A DNA stretch of 61,296 nt from Bacteroidales bacterium (GTDB taxonomy: Bacteria > Bacteroidota > Bacteroidia > Bacteroidales > WCHB1-69): NCBI GenBank assembly GCA_017544105.1, contig JAFYEU010000049.1, positions 1 through 61,296 of the forward strand, written 5' to 3'. The notes beneath the pieces are model-generated. The model was not told the origin of the DNA, made no database searches, and saw only the letters and a list, made by a program, of their open reading frames with translations. Below, one piece after another: positions 1 to 10,583 of the stretch (position 1 is the first letter of the stretch; every line of letters begins with the position of its first letter). The translations under genes were made by a program, and so were the position numbers.

Positions 1-161
1 ACGGAAATATTCATTGTGTATTTTCCTTGTCGCAAATACCCAGTCTCCGATCCTTTGTGAAGACACAACACCCAAATGGGGACAATCACGTTGCCATTAT
101 CCCCATCAATAGCCAAAAGTCAACGGCTAATAGCTAACAGCCAACGGCTAACAGCTGATCA

Positions 162-3100
162 CTATTTCCCCAGCATCTTCGAGTACATGGCCAGCTTCTG
201 CTTCAGCGCCTTGATCTGGTTCGGGTCGGCGGTGGAGTCGTCCTCTAACAGATCGATGTAGGAGCCGATGCTGATGACCGCCCATCTGGCAACACTCGAC
301 GGATCTATGGCGTTGTCGGCACATTTGATAGCATTGCTGTACAGCTCTTTGGCTTTGTCCACATCATCTTCATCATCGTAGATGGCGCCGCGGAGCCAGT
401 AGTTGCGCACGAGGTCCTCTTCCACCGCACTGCGGTATTCGCCATTGTAGAAATCCAGGAGAATGGAATCAGACTTGTCCAATATGGCCAATCCCATATA
501 GGGCATCTCAGCCTCCGCACAAACAAACGCATTGCGGTAATATTGGTACGAGAGCTTGTAGGCCAAGTTCAAATTCTTCTCGTCCAGTGCGCAATATTTC
601 TTCATCCAAGAGGTTAAGGAATCCCGTGTCTCGATGGATTTGAGGTACCATTGCTTGGCATCGGCGGTGTCTACTTCAGCCATGGCCTCGTAGCAGGCAG
701 ACAAGGGGATGTCAATGTCAATCATATTCTTTTCCCACTCAATGCGGGAGGTGTCCCTATATAAGAGATCATTCATCTCTACACAACGTTCGTAATATTC
801 AATGGCTTTCTCTACAGAGTCTATTTGACGATAGTCTTCCGCCATGGCAAAACAGCCCTGCATGTAGGGAAGCTCCATGTTATCCCGGTAATTTGCCAGT
901 TCGAGCAGCTCTTGCAAATACTCTTCCCGGTAAGGAATGGTGATCTGCGGGAGGGTATATAGCTTGGTCAGTTTGCGCAGACTCTCCACATAATTGGAAC
1001 GATGCTGGATGCTCGCATCTGCAAACTGCTTGTAATAAGCTGCCTTCTCTTTCTCTACCCGAATAAGTCCCGTAACATTCTCTTGTCCCTGATAGTACTC
1101 CTCCATGATATCGAGGACACTCTCGTAGCGCTCGGAGGGAGTTTCCAAAGGATAGGTGGCGTAGTAACCTTCCGACTGCTCTATCAGTTGATAGGCTTTC
1201 TTGATGTCACCGGCTTTGTAGGTGTTGATGCCTTTGTTGAAGTACATCTCGCCCAAACTTCTGAAGGCGGTGCTGTCGCCAGCGGCAATGGCTTTTTTCA
1301 ACCATTTCTCCGCAGTTTTGTGACATTTGTTGGCAGCCGAAGCGTCTTCCAAGATGCCATAGACATCCCCTTCATACCAATAAGCCTGTCCTTTCATGTT
1401 CAGATATTTCGGCATGATGTCGGCCGGTATGTTCGGCTCTTCAGCCAGAATCTTGCGGTAGGAGGCGATGGCATTGTCGTACTGCTTGGAATATAGATAG
1501 GCGTCTCCCATCTGAAGAAGATTTCCGAGATAGGTGATCCAGTTGTGATGATCGTCCGCGATGGCCTGCTTGAAATAATCATTGGCACGTTGGTATTGTG
1601 AGATGCCCTTATCGTATAGCTGATAACTATAAAGCTTCTCGGCGACGTTGTTGTAATATAGGGCTTTCTTCGTTGCTAAAGACTTTCCTTCCTGCGTTGC
1701 CTTCAACTTGAGTAACTCTTCATTGAAGTCGGTCAGCTCAGGGATAGCCACAAAATTGTCGTTGGCTGTCATGAAAGCCTCGATGATCGTGTTGAAACTG
1801 AGGTAGTTGTCGAGGAAAGCCATCGGGAAAAGATTCTGCATGAGATCAAAGGAAGCCCGATACTCTTTCAGTCTGCTTTTGACAGTGTCTTCGTCCTGCT
1901 CACCAAAAATGCTTTGCCAGTATAGGTCGGAGGTGGCCTGCATGTTCCCGATGGAGGTGTATTCCCGATACTTCGGAAGCAGTATCTGCTGGATCTCGTT
2001 CAACTTCTGCGTCACGGTCGGATAAGCCTCGTTCTCGCCATCAAGCTCTTTCATTAACCCATAACAATCGTAGGCTTTCACGCCGTAGAGCACTTGTGCC
2101 ATGGGGTTGTCTGGGTTGTTGCGATACAGATGTTCGGCAATGTTCATGATCTTGGAGGCGATTTCTATGATTCTGGCGTTATTGCAGCTGTGATACTGAT
2201 TACGCATGGCACCGATGGGGCGGCTTAGACTCCATAGCGCGATGAGATCATTCTTGAAAGCCCCCTGACGATAAAGTTCTGCGTAGCGATTTTGATAGGC
2301 AAATACGCTGTCCAAGTCAGCCATCATCTTCACGGTGTCCCCAAGTCTGTAGTCGGTATAGTACAAGAGCTCGTATGCGTTGCTGATGGATTTATATTGG
2401 CCGGCTTCAGGATGTTTCTGTAGAACTTGCTTCTCAACTTCAATACGTCTTGCTGCGGCAGCACGGTATTTGTTGTAGTCCTTCCCTTCATATTGGAAAG
2501 GATTGTCCTCAAATAAGATGTTGAAATTCTCCAGTAAGTTTTTATCTTTCTCTTTTTCAACGATTTCTTTGTATTCGTCATAACGGTTCTCGGTAGACAG
2601 GCGGTAGAGGTGGAGGATGGTGGCATCTTCGGCGAAGTGTTGTTCATATAGGATTTTGGAGTAAGGACTGTTGGCGGAGGTGTCTTTGGTGCAGGCGAAT
2701 AATGTCTTGAGATCAAGATAGCGGGCGATGTTGGTCAGGTTTTCCAGACTGACATCATCGGCTTTGATCTGTTCCCGGGCCAAACTGACAGCCTTGTTGA
2801 TGTCGCAGTCGCGTAGCGCCTGGCGGATATCGGCGGGCAATTGGCGGTCGTTGTAGAGCATGTTGACAATGTCGAAAGCGTCGCTGAGATCTGCATCGGC
2901 GTTCCCGTTCATGAGGCCGGCCGCATCGTCAAAGAGAGACTGGGCGAAGTGTTTCAACCCTTCAGCATCGTCCTTGTTCTCGGCATAAACTCTTCGGATG
3001 TTTTTTTGCAACGTGTCTATATCCTGCGTGTAGAGCTTCATGAAGATTTCGGTCATCTCCTGGCGGAAAAGCTCTTCCGGAATCTGGTAGGAAAAGAGAG

Positions 3101-3401
3101 TGTCGCTGCTTTGAAGGGTGCGATGCCGGTAGGAAGCAAAGTTGGAGAGCTCCACATATCCCTCTTTGTACCATTTCTCTTGGGCAATATAGGCGCCTTT
3201 TCGATCCGCGGGAAGCGTGATCACAGCCACACCCTTGGCGTTGGTCTGCAAGGTCTGCCCGTAGATGGTCATCGTGGCGTCAGACAAGGGCTTGCCTGTG
3301 GTGACATCCACTACCTTGAAAAGTTGCTTGACCTGCGCTGTTCCCGACAGGATGCCCACGGCCAGAAACAGGGATAATAGAATGTTGCGATACGATTTCA
3401 T
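162..3401 (-). CDS. Secreted tetratricopeptide-repeat (TPR)-like protein, 1079 aa
   Basis: Long uninterrupted ORF. N-terminal signal peptide (MKSYRNILLSLFLAVGILSGTAQ). The rest is mainly degenerate helical TPR-like repeats (e.g. KAIEYYERCVEMN, DKAKELYSNAIKC). Confidence 0.7.
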   Translation of the reverse strand: MKSYRNILLSLFLAVGILSGTAQVKQLFKVVDVTTGKPLSDATMTIYGQTLQTNAKGVAVITLPADRKGAYIAQEKWYKEGYVELSNFASYRHRTLQSSDTLFSYQIPEELFRQEMTEIFMKLYTQDIDTLQKNIRRVYAENKDDAEGLKHFAQSLFDDAAGLMNGNADADLSDAFDIVNMLYNDRQLPADIRQALRDCDINKAVSLAREQIKADDVSLENLTNIARYLDLKTLFACTKDTSANSPYSKILYEQHFAEDATILHLYRLSTENRYDEYKEIVEKEKDKNLLENFNILFEDNPFQYEGKDYNKYRAAAARRIEVEKQVLQKHPEAGQYKSISNAYELLYYTDYRLGDTVKMMADLDSVFAYQNRYAELYRQGAFKNDLIALWSLSRPIGAMRNQYHSCNNARIIEIASKIMNIAEHLYRNNPDNPMAQVLYGVKAYDCYGLMKELDGENEAYPTVTQKLNEIQQILLPKYREYTSIGNMQATSDLYWQSIFGEQDEDTVKSRLKEYRASFDLMQNLFPMAFLDNYLSFNTIIEAFMTANDNFVAIPELTDFNEELLKLKATQEGKSLATKKALYYNNVAEKLYSYQLYDKGISQYQRANDYFKQAIADDHHNWITYLGNLLQMGDAYLYSKQYDNAIASYRKILAEEPNIPADIMPKYLNMKGQAYWYEGDVYGILEDASAANKCHKTAEKWLKKAIAAGDSTAFRSLGEMYFNKGINTYKAGDIKKAYQLIEQSEGYYATYPLETPSERYESVLDIMEEYYQGQENVTGLIRVEKEKAAYYKQFADASIQHRSNYVESLRKLTKLYTLPQITIPYREEYLQELLELANYRDNMELPYMQGCFAMAEDYRQIDSVEKAIEYYERCVEMNDLLYRDTSRIEWEKNMIDIDIPLSACYEAMAEVDTADAKQWYLKSIETRDSLTSWMKKYCALDEKNLNLAYKLSYQYYRNAFVCAEAEMPYMGLAILDKSDSILLDFYNGEYRSAVEEDLVRNYWLRGAIYDDEDDVDKAKELYSNAIKCADNAIDPSSVARWAVISIGSYIDLLEDDSTADPNQIKALKQKLAMYSKMLGK

Positions 3402-3529
3402 TGTTTTGAAATTATGGGTTGTTAATTGATTTCTGAAAGAGGATGTGTGGAGACTTCTTCTTTATGATTGTCTTAAGTCTTGGCAATGTTGGATAGTCTG
3501 GCGAGTGGTCGTTTGAGAAAGCGAGGCTG

Positions 3530-3537
3530 CAAATATA
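3530..3537 (-). promoter_or_regulatory. Putative Bacteroidota sigma-A -7 box (TATATTTG on minus strand) for the TPR gene
   Basis: CAAATATA on the plus strand matches TAnnTTTG on the minus strand, about 130 nt upstream of the start at 3401. Confidence 0.4.
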
Positions 3538-3599
3538 GATATTTCTTTTTATATTCATGACGCAAAAAAGACAAATGGTTGCAGATCGCTCAAATTGTG

Positions 3600-3607
3600 T
3601 ATCTTTG
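3600..3607 (+). promoter_or_regulatory. Putative -7 box TATCTTTG for mpl
   Basis: TAnnTTTG match 27 nt upstream of the ATG at 3634. It lies inside the longer ORF-track frame, which argues for the downstream start. Confidence 0.5.
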
Positions 3608-3633
3608 CCGTCTTGTTTATAAATCATGACCCT

Positions 3634-4998
3634 ATGAAAGTCCATTTTATCGCTATCGGCGGAAGCGCCATGCACAACCTGGCCATCGCCTTGCATCTCA
3701 AAGGCTACGAGGTGACTGGCTCCGATGATGAGATCTTTGAACCTGCCAAAAGCCGACTGGCCCGATATGGGCTCCTGCCCGATACTATCGGTTGGCATCC
3801 CGAGAAACTGACCCCCGATGTGGATGCCGTCATCCTAGGCATGCACGCCCGCATCGATAATCCAGAGCTGAACAAAGCCGAAGAACTCGGCCTCAAGATC
3901 TTCTCCTATCCCGAATATCTCTATGAACAAAGCAAGGATAAGGTGAGAATTGTGGTGGGCGGAAGCCATGGCAAGACCACGATCACCGCCATGATCATCC
4001 ATGTGCTGCAACAAAACCATGTCGAATGCGACTATATGGTGGGTGCTCTGCTGGATGGCTTCGATGTGATGGTCCGCCTCTCGGAGACTGCCAAAGTGAT
4101 GGTCATCGAAGGGGATGAGTATCTGACTTCCCCCATCGACCGCCGCCCCAAATTCCATCTCTACCAGCCTACCATCGGCATCGTCAGCGGCATTGCCTGG
4201 GATCATGTCAACGTCTTCCCGACCTTCGATATCTATGTCAAACAGTTTGAGATCTTTGCCAATATGATTCCAGCCGATGGAAAGTTTATCTATTGTGAAG
4301 ACGATGAGACCCTGCGCGGAGTCGCCGACCAAGTGACTGTCGCCCCTAAACAGCCCTATGGCGTCCATCCCTATCATATTGTGGATAGCATCACCTATCT
4401 GGAAACACCGTATGGTGAGGTGCCACTGCAGATTTTCGGCAAACATAACCTCAAAAACCTCAACGCCGCCCGGTATGCCTGTATGGCCGCCGGCGTAAGC
4501 GAGGAGGATTTCTATAAAGCCATATCCACCTTCAAGGGCGCCTCCAAACGACTGGAACTGGTGGTGCGCAAAGACTCTTTTGCCATGTACAAGGACTTTG
4601 CCCATTCGCCATCCAAACTGAAAGCAACCGTCTCCGCCGTACGCGAACAGTATCCTAACCACCACCTGATTGCCTGCATGGAACTGCATACCTTCAGCAG
4701 CCTTACCGAACAGTTCCTGACCCAGTATGCCGGCGCTATGGATGAGGCCGATGAGGCTATCGTTTACTATTCTCCGGAGGCTATCCGCCATAAACGACTG
4801 CCCGAATTGTCAGAACAGTCTGTCCTGAAAGCCTTTGGCCGCCCCGACCTGACGGTGATGACAGATTCCCAAGCCCTCGAAAATAAACTTTTGAACATCC
4901 CAACAGTCGGTACCGTTCTCTTGATGATGTCATCGGGAGATTTTAATGGAATTAATTTGAATAACCTAGGTGAAAAAATTATATCTTTGCCGCTCTGA
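3634..4998 (+). CDS. mpl: UDP-N-acetylmuramate:L-alanyl-gamma-D-glutamyl-meso-DAP ligase (Mur ligase family, Mpl-like)
   Basis: N-terminus MKVHFIAIGGSAMHNLAIALHLKGYEVTGSD. Mur-ligase P-loop GGSHGKTT. Length is about 454 aa. Confidence 0.8.
   Translation: MKVHFIAIGGSAMHNLAIALHLKGYEVTGSDDEIFEPAKSRLARYGLLPDTIGWHPEKLTPDVDAVILGMHARIDNPELNKAEELGLKIFSYPEYLYEQSKDKVRIVVGGSHGKTTITAMIIHVLQQNHVECDYMVGALLDGFDVMVRLSETAKVMVIEGDEYLTSPIDRRPKFHLYQPTIGIVSGIAWDHVNVFPTFDIYVKQFEIFANMIPADGKFIYCEDDETLRGVADQVTVAPKQPYGVHPYHIVDSITYLETPYGEVPLQIFGKHNLKNLNAARYACMAAGVSEEDFYKAISTFKGASKRLELVVRKDSFAMYKDFAHSPSKLKATVSAVREQYPNHHLIACMELHTFSSLTEQFLTQYAGAMDEADEAIVYYSPEAIRHKRLPELSEQSVLKAFGRPDLTVMTDSQALENKLLNIPTVGTVLLMMSSGDFNGINLNNLGEKIISLPL
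4982..4989 (+). promoter_or_regulatory. Putative -7 box TATCTTTG for the DUF1573 gene
   Basis: TAnnTTTG match 39 nt upstream of the ATG at 5028, inside the 3' end of mpl. Confidence 0.45.
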
Positions 4999-5027
4999 AA
5001 AAATTAACGTTCAAAACATAAAAAATA

Positions 5028-6122
5028 ATGAAAAAGTTAACCTTATTTCTAACAATGTTGGTGGCATTCTGCATGGTGAATGCCCAGCCTGAGATCAAAT
5101 TTGATTCTCAAACGTATGATTTTGGCAAAATCAAAGAAGAGGGTGGTAAGGTTACCGGACGTTTTGAATTTACCAATGTGGGTAATCAGGACCTCCTTCT
5201 CGTCAATGTGAAACCTGGTTGCGGATGTACCGCTGCCAACTATTCCAAGGAGCCGATCGCCCCTGGCAAAAAGGGCTATATTGAAGCCACATATAACCCC
5301 TATAACCGTCCCGGCGCTTTCAACAAGAACATCCGTGTCACGACGAACGAACCTCGCTTTGAGCAGGAAAATGCCGCTCCGCACATGATCTTTATCAAGG
5401 GCGAAGTGCTGAAACGCCCGCCTACAGTGTTTGAACAGGCCAACTATACCAATGGTAACGGTATGGCTCGTATCAAAGTCGGCAGCGTCACCCATAACAT
5501 GCTGAATACCGAGACCGTAAAAGACACGTTCAAAGTGCGTAACTTCTGGGATAAGCCGGTCTCTTTCAAACTCGAGCAGAAGAATGACTATATCACCGAG
5601 GTCGGCAGAAGCTTTGGCGAATCCTTGAAGCCTGGCCAAGAAGGTTTCATCGTACTTCAATACGATGCCTCCAAACGCAACGCGTACGGCCAACAGAAAG
5701 ATATGGCTGTCTTTGTCACAAACGATTCTATCGAATCCAGAAAGAGCGTCCACTTCGCCGTGAATATCAAGGAAGACTTCTCCAAACTGACGGCTAAAGA
5801 ACTGAAAATGGCTCCGGTGTCCCAGTACAACGCTATCTCCTATGATTTCGGCGATGTGCAGAAGAACGCCCAGGTGACCGGTAAGATCACGGTCAAGAAT
5901 GTGGGTCACTCCCCACTGCTTATCCGTCATCTCAGCTCCAATTCTGGCTATTTCAAAGCTACTTCTGATATCCAGACTGTTCCGGTGAACGGTACCGCAA
6001 CGGTTACGGTGACCTTCCGCCCCAGCAACAGATCTGGCAAACAGAAAGCTACGATAGAGGTGGTCACCAATGACCCTGCAAACCCCGTACAAGTTATTGA
6101 CGTAAACGCCAATGTCTTGTAA
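5028..6122 (+). CDS. DUF1573 domain-containing secreted protein
   Basis: Signal peptide MKKLTLFLTMLVAFCMVNAQ. N-terminal module with the characteristic FDFGKI...FTNVG...VKPGCGCT motif, and a second similar module near the C-terminus (YDFGDVQKN...VKNVGHSPLLI). Confidence 0.75.
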   Translation: MKKLTLFLTMLVAFCMVNAQPEIKFDSQTYDFGKIKEEGGKVTGRFEFTNVGNQDLLLVNVKPGCGCTAANYSKEPIAPGKKGYIEATYNPYNRPGAFNKNIRVTTNEPRFEQENAAPHMIFIKGEVLKRPPTVFEQANYTNGNGMARIKVGSVTHNMLNTETVKDTFKVRNFWDKPVSFKLEQKNDYITEVGRSFGESLKPGQEGFIVLQYDASKRNAYGQQKDMAVFVTNDSIESRKSVHFAVNIKEDFSKLTAKELKMAPVSQYNAISYDFGDVQKNAQVTGKITVKNVGHSPLLIRHLSSNSGYFKATSDIQTVPVNGTATVTVTFRPSNRSGKQKATIEVVTNDPANPVQVIDVNANVL

Positions 6123-6147
6123 TTTTTTTCATAACATTTTGATTTTG

Positions 6148-6174
6148 AGGCGCTCTGAATAGGGCGCCTTTTTT
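6148..6174 (+). terminator. Rho-independent terminator after the DUF1573 gene
   Basis: 6-bp GC-rich stem AGGCGC/GCGCCT with a 10-nt loop, followed by a T6 tract. Confidence 0.65.
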
Positions 6175-6181
6175 GTGCCCG

Positions 6182-7369
6182 TTACCAAAGGAAATTATTA
6201 TACGGGTAGATCTGGATGTGCAGTTTCTTGATCTCTTCGTAAAGCACCGCTTTCATCTCGGCAATGTTCTCTTTGGTCTTGGCGGAAACAAATAAGGCAG
6301 TCTGGTTGTTCTTGGCCATCCAGGAGGATTTCAACTCTTCCAAGGTGATGTTCTCCTTGGTCTTGGGCGTCAGGTCTTCAGGATCTTTCTCCACCCAGGA
6401 ATATTGATCTATCTTGTTGAATATGATGATCGTTGGCTTGTTGGCAGCCTGAATCTCCGCCAAGGTCTGGTTGACCACCGCGATCTGCTCCTCAAATTCG
6501 GGATGACTGATATCGACCACATGCAGCAAAAGGTCTGTCTCCCGGATTTCATCCAAGGTGGACTTGAAAGACTCGACCAGCCCATGGGGAAGTTTCCGGA
6601 TGAAACCCACGGTGTCTGAAAGCAGGAAGGGCAGATTCTCGATGACCACCTTCCGCACTGTGGTGTCCAGCGTGGCGAAGAGCTTGTTCTCGGCAAAGAC
6701 TTCCGAGTTGCTGAGGAGGTTCATCATGGTGGATTTACCCACATTGGTGTAGCCTACCAGCGCCACTCGCACAAACTTGTCGCGGTGACTGCGTTGGGTG
6801 GTCTTCTGCTTGTCAATCTCCCGTAGACGCTTTTCCAACAGGGATATCCGCTGCCGGATGATACGACGGTCGGTCTCGATTTCCTTCTCGCCGGGACCTC
6901 TCATGCCGATGCCGCCACGCTGCTTCTCCAAGTGCGTCCACATGCCGGTCAGTCGCGGCAGGAGATACTTGTACTGGGCCAACTCCACTTGCGTCTTGGC
7001 GTGAGCCGTCTGTGCTCTTGTGGCGAAGATGTCCAGGATGAGATGCGTCCGGTCCATCACCTTGCATCCCAAGACCTGCTCTATGTTGCGCTGCTGCGAT
7101 GGACTCAATTCGTCATCCACCACAACCAGGTCGATATGTTGTTCATGCACATACTCTGCCACCTCTTTGATCTTACCGGAGCCAAGGTATGTCCGAGGAT
7201 CTGGATGGGCCAGATTCTGCGTGAAACGCTTGTCCTCCTTGCCCCCGGCAGTCTCCACCAGGAAAGCCAGCTCGTTGAGGTATTCCTGAGTCTTCGCCTC
7301 GCCAACGGCAGGTAAGCATACGGCAAGCAACACCGCCCGTTCCGCTTTTATGTCACGATGTTCTATCAT
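6182..7369 (-). CDS. hflX: GTPase HflX
   Basis: HflX-type N-domain followed by a G-domain (LVGYTNVGKSTMMNLL, DTVGF). 395 aa. Confidence 0.9.
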   Translation of the reverse strand: MIEHRDIKAERAVLLAVCLPAVGEAKTQEYLNELAFLVETAGGKEDKRFTQNLAHPDPRTYLGSGKIKEVAEYVHEQHIDLVVVDDELSPSQQRNIEQVLGCKVMDRTHLILDIFATRAQTAHAKTQVELAQYKYLLPRLTGMWTHLEKQRGGIGMRGPGEKEIETDRRIIRQRISLLEKRLREIDKQKTTQRSHRDKFVRVALVGYTNVGKSTMMNLLSNSEVFAENKLFATLDTTVRKVVIENLPFLLSDTVGFIRKLPHGLVESFKSTLDEIRETDLLLHVVDISHPEFEEQIAVVNQTLAEIQAANKPTIIIFNKIDQYSWVEKDPEDLTPKTKENITLEELKSSWMAKNNQTALFVSAKTKENIAEMKAVLYEEIKKLHIQIYPYNNFLW

Positions 7370-7375
7370 GCACCA

Positions 7376-9226
7376 CTATTCTACAGATACGGATTTGGCT
7401 AAATTACGAGGCTTGTCCACATCACAGCCGCGGATAAGAGCCACATGGTAGGCCAAGAGCTGCAAGGGGATGGCTGCCACCAGGGGCGTCAGCAACTCCT
7501 CCGTGTGCGGAATCTCAATGCAGAACTTGGACATGCCTTTGACGGTCGTGTCCCCCTCCGTGACGATGGAGATGACGGTGCCTTTGCGGGCAATCACCTC
7601 TTGGATGTTGCTCACGATCTTGTCGTAGGTCAGCTGCTCCGTGGCGATGACAATCAAGGGCATGTGCTCGTCAATGAGCGCGATAGGACCATGCTTCATC
7701 TCCGCGGCAGGATATCCCTCCGCATGGATGTAAGAGATCTCCTTCAGCTTGAGGGCTCCCTCCAGGGCAACAGGGTAGTTGATGCCACGCCCTAAGAAGA
7801 TGGCGTTGGGACGAGTGGCTACAAACTGCGCGATCTTCTGGATGTGCTGCTCCTGGGCCAAGATACGCTCGACCTTCTCCGGAATGGACTCCAGATCGTT
7901 GATCAGCTGGTGGTATTTGGACTTGGAGATGGTGCCTTTGCGCTGGGCCAGACTCAGGGCCATCAAGGTTAATACCGTGACCTGCGCCGTGAATGCCTTG
8001 GTGGAGGCGACACCGATCTCCGGACCGGCGTGCGTATAGGAGCCGGCCATGGTCTCGCGGGCCAGCGTGGAGCCAACCACGTTGCAGATGCCAATGACCG
8101 TGGCCCCATGACGTTTGGCAAGATCAACCGCGGCTAACGTGTCCGCTGTCTCCCCGGATTGCGAGATGGCTATCAGGACATCATCTTCATACAAGATCGG
8201 GTCACGATAACGGAACTCGGAAGCATATTCCACCTCTACAGGGATGCGCACGAGACTCTCAATCAGGTACTCGGCAACCAACCCCGCATGCCAGGAGGTA
8301 CCACAAGCTGCAATGATGAAACGCTTGGCATTCATCATCTTCTGCTCATATTCAATCAAACCTCCTAAGGAAACCACATCCTTCTGCAAGTTGATGCGGC
8401 CTCGCATACTGTCGCGGATAGATTTGGGCTGCTCATATATCTCTTTCAACATGTAGGTCTCAAAGCCACCCTTCTCGATCTGGTCAAGCGTCATCTCCAA
8501 TAGCTGGTAGTGCGGGTTCCGCAATAAAGAGTGCTCGTCTTTGAGATTCCGTATCCGCATGGGCTCCCCTAAAGAAACCACGGCTACATCCCCATCTTCC
8601 AGATATACCACCTTGTTGGTGTATTCTACAATGGGAGCACCGTCCGAACCTACATAGTATTCGTTATCGCCAACGCCAATCAAGAGAGGACTACCCTTCT
8701 TCGCCAGAATCAACTGGTCGGGGGCGTCCACCGACATGATGGCCAGTGCGTAGGTGCCCTCCACACGACTTAAGGCGAGCATGACGGCCTCTTCCAAGGA
8801 TATGTTGTCTTTATGCTGTACCTCCTTGATGAGATGCACCAACACCTCGGTGTCCGTGTCGCTTTGGAAGACATAGCCGCGGTTCTGCAACTCGATCTTC
8901 AGGCTCAGATAGTTCTCAATAATGCCGTTGTGAATCAAGGCCAGCTTGCGGTCCTCGGAGAGGTGGGGGTGTGCATTCTGCTCGTTCGGCTCCCCGTGCG
9001 TCGCCCAGCGGGTATGTGCAATGCCCACATGCGCCTCAGTGTTCTTCGAGGTACAGTAGTCTTCCAAGTCTGACACCTTGCCCCGTTTCTTGTATAACGT
9101 GATGTTGCCTGATTGCATTAAGGCTACACCGGCACTGTCGTAACCTCTGTATTCCAAGCGATGAAGCCCCTTCATCAAGATGGGGTATGCTTCTTTATCG
9201 CCTAAATATGCTACAATTCCACACAT
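7376..9226 (-). CDS. glmS: Glutamine--fructose-6-phosphate aminotransferase
   Basis: Starts MCGIVAYLG (N-terminal nucleophile Cys). Two SIS domains. C-terminus ...NLAKSVSVE. 616 aa. Confidence 0.95.
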   Translation of the reverse strand: MCGIVAYLGDKEAYPILMKGLHRLEYRGYDSAGVALMQSGNITLYKKRGKVSDLEDYCTSKNTEAHVGIAHTRWATHGEPNEQNAHPHLSEDRKLALIHNGIIENYLSLKIELQNRGYVFQSDTDTEVLVHLIKEVQHKDNISLEEAVMLALSRVEGTYALAIMSVDAPDQLILAKKGSPLLIGVGDNEYYVGSDGAPIVEYTNKVVYLEDGDVAVVSLGEPMRIRNLKDEHSLLRNPHYQLLEMTLDQIEKGGFETYMLKEIYEQPKSIRDSMRGRINLQKDVVSLGGLIEYEQKMMNAKRFIIAACGTSWHAGLVAEYLIESLVRIPVEVEYASEFRYRDPILYEDDVLIAISQSGETADTLAAVDLAKRHGATVIGICNVVGSTLARETMAGSYTHAGPEIGVASTKAFTAQVTVLTLMALSLAQRKGTISKSKYHQLINDLESIPEKVERILAQEQHIQKIAQFVATRPNAIFLGRGINYPVALEGALKLKEISYIHAEGYPAAEMKHGPIALIDEHMPLIVIATEQLTYDKIVSNIQEVIARKGTVISIVTEGDTTVKGMSKFCIEIPHTEELLTPLVAAIPLQLLAYHVALIRGCDVDKPRNLAKSVSVE

Positions 9227-9278
9227 GATTCAGTTGCGATATAAGTGATGATAATAGGTTGTCTGGTGAATTTACCGA

Positions 9279-10583
9279 TTAGTATTCGGTGTATGAAATC
9301 TCCAAACGGAGACGCTGGTCGTCGGATAGCCCGGTTCCTCCAAAAATGAGCCGGTTCGCCCGGATTCCGGAACCTCGGACGACCAGATTGACGGAGTTGG
9401 TCAGAGCACCGGTGCCCGAAATCAATTGCTGGACATATTTGGTGATGCGGAAACGATATTCGTGACGCTCCGCATCATAGGTGCCACCATAGTAGGAAGC
9501 ACTGGTATAATACTCGTCATCCGGTAAGTATCCGATGCTGCCATCCTTCTTGATGCCTTGCAGTGTCAAACCGGCAGGATGAATCAAATATTGCTCGTCA
9601 GGAGACAGATCCTTGATGACCAACTCTGCTTTGTTGATGACGACCCGGTTGCCTAGGGAAGCAAATGCTTGCTCAAGATAGGGAAAGGTGATACGTGTCT
9701 TTACACCACCACCGCCCTGGACAAACAAAGTGCTGGCTCCAACCGTATGATCTCCGTTGAGCACCTCCTGCACAAAGGCATTGTTGGTGGAAATCTGATA
9801 GTTGTGGGTGAAGTTGTTGAACCGAACACCATCGGAACTGCACCCTAACTTATATCTCAAGCCCGTATGGTCGGCATTGTGATAATATATCGTGATGCCG
9901 CTCAGAGAACTGGTCATGCTGGTCAGGATGACATATCCCGTCCCCGTGTGCGAAGTCGCTGTGATGTACAAGCCTTTCAGAAATGAACTGAGGTTGTAGT
10001 TTAAATCATATTGGTGATTCAACAGGTACTGCCCAAAAGTCTTGGAGAGAGGGATGCGGAGGTGGGGACTGTAAATGGCCGTGTCCACTACCACCTCTTG
10101 GGTGGGCCGTATGGAATAACTCGACAAACTGTAGTTCAAAGGCGTCGGGTCATAAGCCAAGGTGTTGTTCTGGTAATAGTTGACCCCTTTACTTAAAGAC
10201 TCTGTCAACTGGTGAATGCGGATGGCTACCCGGGAGTTCGTGTCACCATAATAGCCCGCTATCTGAAGGGTGAAAATACAGGAGTCGATGACGGGATTGG
10301 TGCCGAAATTCACATTGTCGGCACTCATCGCTATCTGTGTGTAAATGGAGGCCACCGTGCTGCCGAATGTGGGGTCGGAGAGCGCACCAATCACATTGCC
10401 CGACAAGTTGGTGGTGTTGATGGTGTCTTCTAAGAAAGAATAGGCTGATACCGTCAAGGTGTCCGTGTAAGCCGTGCCCACCTGATCCATAAATCCCAGT
10501 CCGATGGGAGAATTTTGATTGTCGCAGCCTAAAAATAGGAGAGAAAGAGAGAACAATAAACCGAAAAATAGTGATTTGTTCAT
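9279..10583 (-). CDS. DUF4270-like lipoprotein
   Basis: Lipoprotein signal (LLFLGC). The size and its position directly downstream of the short glycogen-synthase-like gene are typical for Bacteroidota DUF4270 proteins. Family assignment is from memory of this synteny. Confidence 0.55.
   Translation of the reverse strand: MNKSLFFGLLFSLSLLFLGCDNQNSPIGLGFMDQVGTAYTDTLTVSAYSFLEDTINTTNLSGNVIGALSDPTFGSTVASIYTQIAMSADNVNFGTNPVIDSCIFTLQIAGYYGDTNSRVAIRIHQLTESLSKGVNYYQNNTLAYDPTPLNYSLSSYSIRPTQEVVVDTAIYSPHLRIPLSKTFGQYLLNHQYDLNYNLSSFLKGLYITATSHTGTGYVILTSMTSSLSGITIYYHNADHTGLRYKLGCSSDGVRFNNFTHNYQISTNNAFVQEVLNGDHTVGASTLFVQGGGGVKTRITFPYLEQAFASLGNRVVINKAELVIKDLSPDEQYLIHPAGLTLQGIKKDGSIGYLPDDEYYTSASYYGGTYDAERHEYRFRITKYVQQLISGTGALTNSVNLVVRGSGIRANRLIFGGTGLSDDQRLRLEISYTEY

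Noticed and set aside
121-155. Short direct repeats (CAACGGCTAA x2, GCTAACAGC x2) just 3' of the TPR gene.
   Set aside because: There are only two imperfect copies with no stem-loop or T-tract and no flanking mobile-element features. This is too little signal to call a REP or terminator element.
76-261. 61-aa plus-strand ORF at the left edge.
   Set aside because: It overlaps the 3' end of the TPR gene on the other strand, has no start context and a repetitive translation (SQRLIANSQRLTA) caused by the short DNA repeat at 121-155.
9227-9278. Searched for a glmS ribozyme or other riboswitch upstream of glmS. Also searched for SAM/T-box-type leaders upstream of the Cys/Met PLP-enzyme gene (56201-56254).
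   Set aside because: The gaps are only about 50 nt and show no conserved riboswitch cores. glmS appears to be co-transcribed with the upstream genes.
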